Shown here piece by piece: positions 8,952 through 19,167 of a DNA stretch of 39,266 nucleotides; the first letter of the stretch is position 1; every line of letters starts with the position of its first letter. The stretch covers positions 1 through 39,266 of the forward strand of contig JWZX01003133.1 in NCBI GenBank assembly GCA_001275005.1. The letters are read 5' to 3'. This stretch comes from Chrysochromulina tobinii (lineage: Eukaryota). Position numbers and translations under genes: made by a program. The notes below the pieces were generated by a model that saw only the letters and a program-made list of their open reading frames with translations, was not told where the DNA came from and did not search any database.

Positions 8952-11900
8952 ATGCGGCTAGAAGTGAAGCGTGTTGGGTGCTCCAAGCCACACCAGCTCG
9001 TGCTCAGCATAGATACGAGCGTGCGACAACTCAAGGAGCAGCTCCCTGAAACCCTGACCTTAGGCACAGCTCCCAACGTCTTCCACCTGATATATGGTGG
9101 TACCGTGCTGTGCGATGACTCGCGTCTGGGCGAGCTCGCGCTCGTGGATCAGCCGACGTTGTGGCTGCTTCGTGGCCTCGAGGCGTCGTCTCAAATTCGC
9201 AAGGCTGCTGAGCTCGCAGTCTCTCTCGGTGTCTTTCCTCTAGGCATCGGCCCGCCCTATTCTCTGCAGCGCAACCTTTCAAAGGATGGCGCGTTGCTGC
9301 TGCGCTCATTTGCAGACTCGTTTGCCTCGGAGGCTGGGCACTGGCGTCCATCTGAGAGCGAGACGAACTCCTTCCGTGACGTGGTTGGCGCACTTGAGAG
9401 CAAGGGGCCGGCCTTCCAGGCTGCGCCGCACGTCACGTGGTTTGGTGCATTTGGATGTGCGCTGCTCGCGAACGAGCCTCGCGCCGGTGCCGTGCACCTG
9501 ACCCTCGTCTGTCTCGATCAGTGGGCTTTCCGGATGCACTCCGGCCCGGAAGCTCGTGAGCACACGGCGGACGCAATGAGCGACTCCTCCAGCGTCGACA
9601 CAGTCGGCCAGGTGCCGAGTGCAGAGTACCCCGAGTTTCTGTGCGTGCGAGGAGATCGAACCCGTAAGCAACGCGACGCTGGTGAATTGCGCTGAAGTGA
9701 GTGCGTTACGGTCGCAGGTCCCGAGCAGAGAAGCTGCTCAGTCAGGCGCAGGCGCGCAAGGGTGACAAGCGGAGCGCAGCGGCCAACGATCAGGGCAACC
9801 AGAAGACGCCCGCGATGATCAAAGCGGTGCTGATAGACGCGCTCTCCGGATGCGAGGATGGAACAACTGCGCCACGTGGTGGTTTCACGGACGTCGGCCT
9901 GCACACGGGCGGATACGAGCGTAACACGTCTTGGGCGCTAATCCGCGCGGTGCTTCAAGCGCTGCTCGAGGAGCAAAGTCTATTCTACCGCCACGCGATG
10001 GCGCAGCTCGCGTTGTGGCTGTGCGAGGCGTCTGTCGCAGCACTGCTCGCTGAGAACACAGCCGATGCGCCCTATCGACAGGCCATCGACAAATGCATGC
10101 AGATGCTCTCAGTGGCCGTGCAGGCCGGCTCGCGACTGGCAGACGAGCAGATCCACATTCGCGGCGGCGACCACCTCAAGGACGATATGGCAGCTTTCGA
10201 GGCACGCAGCGTGTACGTGCGCTGGCAGCTCGAGCAGCTCGTGCTGAGACGCGCGTCCGAGAAGGCTCTCGAGTTTGAGCTGCCACGTCTCGAAAAAAAT
10301 GACCAGCCGTGCCGCAACATCGCGTTGTCGCCTCCGCCACAGACGGTACCCAATACACGCCCGAGTTTGCCGGATCCAATCGATCCAAAGATGCTAGGAT
10401 ACCCGCCGCCGGACGATGTGCCCACCTCGATGAGCCTCTGCGGAGAGCTGAAGCACAAGACGACGTGCCTGGGCACCTACTTGCTGGCGCCGCAACGTAC
10501 CGCCCACGGGAAGCCGGTGTGGAAGCATGCGACGGAGGACAGATGGATCGCATGGGCCTCCTCCGTTGGCAAGTGGGAGGTACAGCCGGGCGCGAATGTG
10601 GGTGTTAACGCAGCATGCTACATGACCTTGCAGGACACGACGGCCAGTCTGCCGCACCAGTCAACCGCGGTCTGGGAGGAGTCTGATGGCAAGCAGTTGG
10701 TCAAGGCCCCTACGTGCAAGTGCTTCGGGGACGTGCCCACCTCGATGAGCCTCTGCGGAGAGCTGAAGCACCAGACGACGTGCCTGGGCACCTACTTGCT
10801 GGCGCCGCAACGTACCGCCCACGGGAAGCCGGTGTGGAAGCATGCGACGGCGGACAGATGGATCGCATGGACCTCCACTGGCAATTGGTTGGTACAGCAG
10901 GGCGTGGATGTGGGCGTTAATGCCCTAGGCTTCATGAAATTGGAGACGGCCAGTCTGCCGCACCAGTCGACCGCGGTCTGGGAGGAGGGTGACGGCAAGC
11001 AGTGGGCCAAGGCCCCTACCTGCAAGTGCTTCTTCGTGCCTGAACATCCCCCGGATGGGCTTGTTGCGGCGCGCGCCAAAGCCGAAGCCAATCTGGGCTG
11101 GCTACCTGACCCCGGCGTAGCTACATGTATCATTGTCGATCTTCTTTCGTGGCTGCGTGATGAACGCCTGAAGCCCGATGTCCGCGGTGTGGAGGCTCAG
11201 CTCGTCGCTCTGGAGGCCGTCGAGCATTGGTTCTACCAACACGCTCCGAAGCTCATGGCATCGGACACAGAGTCCTACGAGAAGGATGAAGCGCAGTCCA
11301 AGCAATTTGTCGCCACCGTCGAGCAGGTTGTTGACATGTATCGGTATGTTGCGAGCGCGTTCCAAAAGTCCAAAGCTTCCGCGGCCTTGCTAACGGTGGA
11401 ACGCAAGAGTCGCGAGGTCCTCGTCATGTGGCTGGCCTACTGCTTTTGCTTCAAGGTAAGCCTCCACTGATACCCACGACGAGCATACCCCTGCGCCTGA
11501 TCTCTCGCCCTACTGAGAGTCGTGACGTGACTTCCGGTGTGCTGCTCTCAGGCGACCTTGAACTTTGAGCATCAGGTGCTCAAGGAGTACGGTGTCGCGC
11601 TACGAGCGGCTGACCTTCACCATCTGGTTCTCTCCGAGAGGGCTGCGATTGAAGCCGCGCAATTTGCTGCTGCCTACCTGCGCCTGAAAACCAAGCCAAT
11701 GCGCCACGTCTTCTCGTGTCGGTCCGAGGATGCCACGTTTAGCATGGCCGCCTTACACGTGAGCCGCTCGCCCGCGATGCAGCTGCTTTGGACCGCAGAG
11801 AGTGCTGCTGCGGCGGCGAGGCAGGATGCTCATTGGAATGCTGTCAGGGAGAAGCAGGAACTGCTGAAGAAGCTCGACGCGCAGCTCGCAGACTACCGGG

Positions 11901-14900
11901 CAAACCTTAAAGCAGCAGAGCTCAATCGAAAATCTACTAGTACGATAGTCCATTCACAGAGGCATGAATATGACCAGCAGGTACGACAGTATCAACGCTT
12001 GTGCGCAACTACAGAGTCCGAGGTTCGAGAGACTGAGAAGCCACCGACGCCAATCTTTCAGCCTCTGCCAAAGGATGAGGCTTTGGCGCGACCAATCTTG
12101 TTCTTTCTGCAGTTGCCGGCGCACTTTCAAGTGCTATCGCGGCTGAGCTTCGCGGCGCAGCAGATGCTGCTGCCGGAATCTGAGGTAGTTGTTCCGAGCA
12201 CCCAGGAGAAGATTGTGGTCGCGGATGCTATCAAGGACGACACTGCGAAGACGACCTGGCGATCATACTACCTCAACGGCTCGAGCGCACGGCATCTGTC
12301 CGAGGTCGTAGAAACGAAGGTGCTCCTCGGGTCCAATTACACTGTGCCCCAGGCCAGCCAGTTCAGTCCAGCGAATGTGCGCCACTTCAGCAGCCCTTCA
12401 GACGGTGTCTGGTACCCCGATGCGCTCGCACCAAGGTTGATGTGGACTGGTGGCCAGTTTGATCTCGATACGCGGGATGGCGGCTACTTCAATCCGTTCG
12501 CGACCTTGCCAGATGATGCTCTGGTCGTCAAGTTCACTGAGACTCTCCATTGCGACCGCTGTGCGATGCAGTGGGCGATGGTCCAGAACGGCACGCGCGC
12601 ACAGCCGAGCCGTGGCAACATCCCTGAGGCCAGGCAGGACAGCAAGCCCAGCTGGCTCTCGGGAAAGACTGAGTTCTTCTCGTACGGCACGCTTCGGGCG
12701 TATCCGCATCAGCAAATCCGAAAGCTGTGCGTGGCGTTGCGAGAGCGCAGTATGCCGCTCGAGGACCCCGCAGTACGCAAGCTTCTGCAGCAGACATTCT
12801 TCCACCTCGGCGAGCTATCGATCTCGACCGACGTTCCGCACCCAGTGTGGCGCACTGACGTTGACAAATTTGGAGGCTGGGAGGCGCTGCGCTTGGAGCT
12901 TGCTGACCTGGCGGACGAGCTGAAGCTCAAGCCACGGCAGCATGCGGCTGTGTTGATCCTCGGTGAGCTCGCGGCGCATGCATCACAATGGGACGCGGCG
13001 TCTCGCGATGTGGCGCGAAGCTTTGCAAACATTGCGCTCGGATGGGCGCGAGAAGACATCGAGACGGCATCAGCGCAGAAGGTCGCTCATCTGCGCGCGC
13101 GTCGCTGTATCTTTGCCATGTACGCGATCAGCAGCCATGGTGCAGGGGAGCTCCTCGATGAAGACGTAGCAGCGCTCTGCAAGGCGCTGATTGTCGCGGA
13201 CTACAGCCGCCTCTTCGAGGACCCATCGCCTCTCGATGAAATGGTACACGAGTTGACCATCGTCTCGCACGCGGTACTTGCTCGCCGTCTGCCTGCGCTG
13301 CTCACAGCCCTTGACCGGAACTCGTCGCCGCTCACGGAAGCGGTGAGGGTGGTGCTCGAGACGCTCACGCCAGCCACCCTCAACTGGCAGCGAGTCACAT
13401 ACAACAGCACGAAGACGACGTGCTTCGAAGCCGTCTCCAACGGCCATCTCTTCAGCGTCAACCTGCAGGTAGGCACAGTCCTCTATGACGGGCTCCCGCC
13501 GAGTCGACTGCCAAAGACAATTCTTGACATGCCACTGTACCAGAGGACGTTTACGGATCCTTGCACGGGGCAGCTGCACAACTGCGAGGTAGTGTTGTCG
13601 AGTGATGGCATTCTACAGACGGTCCGACTGCAGGGCGGCTTCATGTACAAGTTCTTCTTGAACGCCGTCCTTCGTAAAGGCGTTCTTCGTAAAGAGCTGG
13701 TTGTGCGTGAGGTGGACCCAGCCAACTCGGATAGCCAGACCAATGAGCTCGAGCTACTTGACGGCACAGAGGAGGGCGTGGCCATATGGGGTCGTGAGCT
13801 TCCCGTTCGTCTCCAGCGCATGCACAGCCACTGGCTGTGCCGTGCGACTGAGACAGTGATCGTGCGTGGCACCTCATTCAGCCGTCGTGATGCTCAGTTC
13901 ATCATGCTTGCTTGCACGACGCTACCTGCGCTCAAGGCTTCCGGTACGGTCATCCCGAACTTCGCTGGCAGTGGCGGCTGGCTTTGCTGCCGCGTACCCG
14001 ACCATCAAGCCAAGATTGGATGGGTACAGCTGTGCAAGCTCCTGCCAGGTTTCGACCAACTCGTGCTTCCGCAAGCCTCGCGAGCTTTGCACGTCCTCTC
14101 CAAGTTCGAGACACTGAGCGGTCTCACGCACGCCTACTATACCTCCCCTGACGGCGTGCTTAGGCTGGAACTGCCTCGGTACGATCTAAGTTTTGATATG
14201 CAAGGGGATGGCCGCTTGCGCTCGAACAACTTCCTTGGCTTTGCTCTGGGACTTCAGCAGCAGCTGCGCGACGCGTTGTTTGACTTTAGCCAGTACCTCA
14301 TTCTTGAATCGGCTCGCCAGACCCTTCTTATCATGCCCGTAGGTGAGGTGAAGCGCGACCCCAACCAGATTTACATACATGGATCAGATGGCCGTGATGT
14401 ACTCAGACGGCTGCATGTCTACGAGCTGCACCCACGGTTCTCCACGATTGAAGCAAAGGCTGGCGCAACTGCGATCGAAGCACGACTGCAGCTCGCTACT
14501 GTGTACGCTGCAACGGGCACGGAGCTGCCAGAGGCACGCTCCAAGCGCACAGGAGGCGAAGTGGCCATGGAGCTTGTGCGACAGTCGTGGAAAGGAAGCC
14601 CTCTAACCCTGGATGAGGTGACGCAGCTCAAGTCAATACTCCTTTACGGCCAGCTAACGCCCGCATTACCGCTGCTCTGCTTTGAGACTCATATGTGCGC
14701 ATCCGAGCTACTATTCCTTCGACCAGACATGAAGAAGGAGGCCGTTGCCATACGGTACGACGCCGACTCCGCCACCGAGTACGCACAACGCAAGCAGCGC
14801 GCGCAGCTCAACGCGCATGCGCTGTTGACGCGCGACGAGGAGCAAACGCTGCTCGGGCGCAAAATCAGCGCGCGGTCCGTTGGCAACATGCCATCGGCTG

Positions 14901-17900
14901 GTACCCTCGATCTACCAGCCCACGAGTCAAAGGCGCGTGTGATAGCCAGCATTGAGCAGCTGCTGCGCAGAATGCTCGTCAGCACCGTGGCCATGGATCG
15001 ACAGGATTTTCCGCTGACGGCCTCCGACGTTGAGGACAATGAGCTCGGCCGAACGATTTTTGCAGAGCTATCGGACAGCTGGTCAGCACACCAGCGCATG
15101 CCTATGTTCGAGCTCGCTCGGGAGATCGTTCAGCTCGAGAAGGAGCTGCTGGTGCAGCACGGCCTTGCGAAAGTGGCGCGCGAGCAAGTAGAGCACTATC
15201 TGCTTGCGCACGCAGATCATGTCCCGATGAATGCGGGCTGGCACGCGTTGGGCTTTCTCATGCGCCGTGCGGCGAATCTGGAGCCACGGGTCTCGCTGCG
15301 CGACTTTGCGCGCGCAGCGTGGGAGCCTACGCACCTTCGCCTCTTCAATCCGTTTCTCTCTGACGCAGCGGTTGATGAGGTCCTGCATCCGGCCGTCTTG
15401 GAGTGGCTGCAGCTTTGTGTGCTCGAGGACAAGCTGCAGCGTATGGCGCTCATTGCTGAGGATTGCAATGCGCCGGAGCTCGAGCGCGAGCTCAGAGAGG
15501 TCGGGCGCGAGTGGAGTGTCACGCAGCACCCGCAATGGCTTGTCTTTGAGGTCGAGCAGCAGCTGCAGATTCGACGCATGCAGTACTGCGTGGCCAAGTA
15601 CTGCATTGACACGCCCGGCGCCATTACCCAGCTCAACATGGGCGAGGGCAAGACACGTGTCATCCTGCCGATGCTCGTGCTGCATCTGGCACAGCCAAAT
15701 CGTCTCGTGCGACTGCATTTCCTCTCACAGCTGATTGGCGAAGCCTACTTCTATCTGCACCGCCACCTGACCGCGAGCATCATGTGCCGCCGGCTGCTGC
15801 ACCTGCCATTCCACCGTGGCGTGAAGCTCACCGTCCAGGACGTCCAAGTGGTGCGTGACTGTCTGGTGCGGTGCATGCGTGCGCACGGTGCCATTTTCAT
15901 CTCGCCCGAGCATCGGCTGTCACTGCAGCTCAAGTGGCACGAGCTGCGGCTGTCGCAGGTGAACGCCGACCTTGTACAGGCCCTACCATCGCTCGACGAC
16001 TTGCCGTATTGCGATCTGCTTGATGAGAGCGACGAGATCCTGCACCACAAGTACCAGCTCATTTATGCGTGCGGTGCGAACGTGCAGCTGCCCGATGGTA
16101 ACGTGCGCTGGACTGCAGTGCAAACGATGCTGCACTTGCTGCAGGCCTCACCAGAGGTGGCGACACTGCTGGCGAAACCCAATGTGGCCAAGCGGCTGCC
16201 TATGGGGGCACAGAAGGGTGCCGGTGCCTTCGACGACTTGCGCCTCCTGCCGGGCTCTGAGCTCGACAACGTGCGCATGCCCCTTCGGCGCGAGTTGGCG
16301 TGGGCGTTACTTCGTGGCCCTCCCTATCACATGCGCTGGCTTCGGGACACGAGCGTGACGAGGGCGAGTGACGACATCATCAAGTTCCTGACCGACCCAA
16401 ACGATGCTCTGGGGAGGTTTATGGCGATGCTCACCGCTAGCAGCTGCCCGATTAATGGCTCGCAGCGCGCTCAACTGCTCGCTCTGCGTGGCCTGCTCGC
16501 GTCCGGCCTGCTCGAGCATTGCTTGTCGCGCCGGCACCGCGTTGACTACGGCGTGGACCCGCGCCGCGGCATTAATCGACGGGTTGCCGTGCCGTATCGA
16601 GCGAGCGACACACCCTCCGATCGCGCTGAGTATGCACAACCGGACACGCTCATCATCCTCACGCACCTCTCATACTACCACTCGGGCTTGTCGCGTGATG
16701 AGCTCAAGGAGGCCGTCGCCGCGCTGCTGAAGCTCGGGCCGATAGCACAGGAGAGGCATTATGGTCAGTGGCTCGAGTCGGCGAGGAGCAGCATGAGCGC
16801 TAGCCAGCTGAGCGCGCTCGATCACGTCAATAAGCTCGACGTATCAAGCGATGTGCAGCTTGACATCATGCACAAAGTCTACCATTCTAACATGTCAACG
16901 GTCAACTTCTGGCTGGACACGTGCGTTCTGCCACGCGAGACCATGCAGTTCCCAAAGCGCCTTGTTGCCAACGCATTCAACCTGACCGACAACCCGAGGA
17001 GGGACGTCATTGGCTTCTCAGGCACCAAGGAAAACCACCTACTGCTGCCCTTCCACGTGATGCAGGGCTTGCCAAAAGGCGCCGACGAGCTGCTTGCTAC
17101 TGATGGGAAGATGTGCGACCTCGTGCTGCAAAATAAAGAGGTGTCCATCCTCCCCACGACTTGTGCGCTGAGCGCGGCCGTGCTACGTCTCGCCGTCGTG
17201 GAGCGTGGTGCCGACGCGCTCATTGACGCTGGCGCGACCATGGCGGGCCTGAGCAACGAGGAGGTGGCCACGAAGGTCATCGAGCTGCTGCCACAGAGCT
17301 CACGCCTACAGGGCGCCATCTACTTCTCGTCCCAGCTGGCGACATGGCTCGTGCGCAGTCGCCACGGGCGCACCTGGCCTCAGAGCAGCTCGCCAATCCA
17401 CGAGAAGGACTGTTTCGTCTACTTTGACGAGAGTCGTTGCCGTGGCGCGGATATGAAGCTGCACCAAAGCGGAAGCGGTCCTGACGATTGGTCCCAAGAT
17501 GGGCAAATCCAAGCTCATGCAAGCAGCAGGCCGCATGCGCAAGCTCGACCGCGGCCAGCGGCTTCTCTTCGCAGTGCCGCCCGAGCTGGAGCCCAAAATC
17601 ATGGAGCGCAATGGCGTTCTTACAGGCCTGTCGTCCTTACACCTGCTCAAGTGGGTCCTGTGCAACACGGCGAATGCCATTGCAGAAGGGCTGCCCGAGT
17701 TTTCGATTCAGGCGAGCCATTTCTGCATGACGAAAGACAGCCCGGCGGCGCGCTTGCTCGACGAGAACCTCGAGCTGGCCGACCTGTACGGCAGCGCCTT
17801 TGGCGAGGAGAGGGTGGACGACGTGGTAAAGCGCACGATTGAGCGTGACATCAAGCGGTGCAACGGCCTCCAGGTCCAGTACAGCACAGTGGACGGCACG

Positions 17901-18722
17901 AGACAAGCGATTGAATCGCTGGGGCGCAGGTACGGCTCGGATCTGCGCGTCGTATCGACTGGCGTGGAGGAGGAGTGTGAGCGCGAGCTTGAGAACGAGC
18001 GCGAGCTCGACCGAGAAGTCGAGCGGCAAATGCCGAAGCATGAGCCAGTCTCGCCGACTCGATGGAACTTTGAGACGATTCTCAAGGCGTCGAGGCCCAC
18101 GGAGCTGCGCGATGCCGGCGTCATGGCCCTTCAAGACGCAATCAACGCCTACCTCGACAAACACCTCGCTGCGATCCAATGGGCACAGTGCTCCATCTTC
18201 GTGACAAAGGCGTACATGGTGACGGTGGCCGACAGCCAGGGCTTGCAGCTCAAGGATCAGAGCGAGTACATGCGTCCGCCCGACGCCATCGTCGTCTTCC
18301 CCAACGGCGACGTTCTGCTGCTGTCGGAATGGGAGGCCGACGAGGTGCTGCCGCTCCTATGGAAGGCAGCACCATCATCGACTGGGCCGTTCATGGTCAA
18401 TTTTGCGTACCTTCGGGCGGCGGCCGACGCGAATTCTCCTACCATTCAAATGCGCGTCCCGCCGCCGCCAGCGCCCTTGGTACCGCGTCTCACCTCATCG
18501 ATGACGAGACCCGCCGTGAGCGATCTTACATTGGCGGGCCTGCAACTCCTCGCCGGTGAGACCATGTTCAAAACAGAGGCGCGCAAGACAGCCATCAAAG
18601 CATTGGCGGCGTCGAGCTTGGCGGCCAAGAAGGCGGCGCTGCTGCTGGTGCAACTGCGCGGCCGGCAGCACATGATTCCGTTCAGCGACCTCGAGCTCGT
18701 CTGCAACCTCATGGGCGATTAA
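8952..18722 (+). CDS. Giant (~3,200 aa) protein: N-terminal ubiquitin-like domain + tandem ~105-aa repeat + DUF3638/DUF3645 P-loop (SF2-like) module; 3 exons and one or two frameshifts
   Basis: Exons approx. 8952-9611, ~9718-11455 and 11552-18722; frameshift near 17465. UBL: DTSVRQLKEQL...HLIYGGTVLCDDSRLGEL. DUF3638-type motifs: PQWLVFEVEQQLQIRRMQ, QLNMGEGKT (Walker A), SPEHRLSL, LLDESDE (Walker B). DUF3645-type: VAVPYRASDTPSDRAEYAQPD. Later motifs GFSGT, LIDAGA, YFDESRCRGADMKL, LMQAAGRMRKL and EEECERELENERE continue across the frameshift. Confidence 0.85.
9612..9717 (+). other. Probable spliceosomal intron 1 of the DUF3638 gene (boundaries uncertain)
   Basis: CAG|GTGCCG...GGTCGCAG|G bridges ORFs 8838..9695 and 9701..11470, but this pair needs a 2-nt correction to keep frame. 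Alternatives that keep frame without correction: 9664-9728 (GTAAGC donor) or 9612-9745. Confidence 0.5.
10415..11032 (+). repeat. Coding tandem duplication, 2 copies of a ~315-nt (105-aa) unit
   Basis: Copies start at 10415 and 10730. Both read DVPTSMSLCGELKH(K/Q)TTCLGTYLLAPQRTAHGKPVWKHAT(E/A)DRWIAW...SLPHQSTAVWEE.DGKQ..KAPTCKCF. Confidence 0.95.
11456..11551 (+). other. GT-AG intron 2 of the DUF3638 gene (96 nt, phase 0)
   Basis: AAG|GTAAGC ... GCTCTCAG|GCG. It contains the in-frame stop; splicing gives FCFK|ATLNFEHQVLKEYGVAL. Confidence 0.9.
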
Positions 18723-18857
18723 GTGGTGCTTGTGTGAGATGTGGCGCTGTCGGCACAGGATGTAGCAGCATGTGCGATGAAGGCTACCAAAACTTACGAC
18801 AGTCGAGCGAGCACTGACGACTACTGTAACGCGCGTAAGGGTTTTTCTGGATTATCA

Positions 18858-18897
18858 ATTTTATTAGAGTACAGACTATAGTGCACTCTAGTAAAAT
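18858..18897. repeat. AT-rich imperfect palindrome (16-bp arms, 8-nt loop) between convergent genes
   Basis: attttattagagtaca-gactatag-tgcactctagtaaaat: 14/16 Watson-Crick pairs plus one G-T pair. Confidence 0.7.
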
Positions 18898-19167
18898 ACA
18901 CCTAGTCTGTTACTGACGACATCGAAGTCATAAGACCGGACGGATGCAGCTGAAAATGGCGTCCCGCACGCACTGCCCGCACGTGCCACGATGCGATTTT
19001 CGTTTCACGCTGACCTTCGGCTCTCGGGACCAACAAAGGGGACCGTAGGAGGCTCGCGCCATGGCGAGCGTCCGCGGCATTCTAAATATCCAATCCCTTA
19101 ACGAGCTCACGTACGAGAAAGGGGATATGAAGGAGCTACTGCACAGGAGCTCCGGCCATGGGTCATG

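Noticed and set aside
18858..18906. Helitron 3' end (hairpin followed by CTAG)
   Set aside because: The hairpin is AT-rich and only 4 nt from the CTAG, no matching 5' end or Rep/helicase gene is present, and the flanking direct repeat argues against a Helitron.
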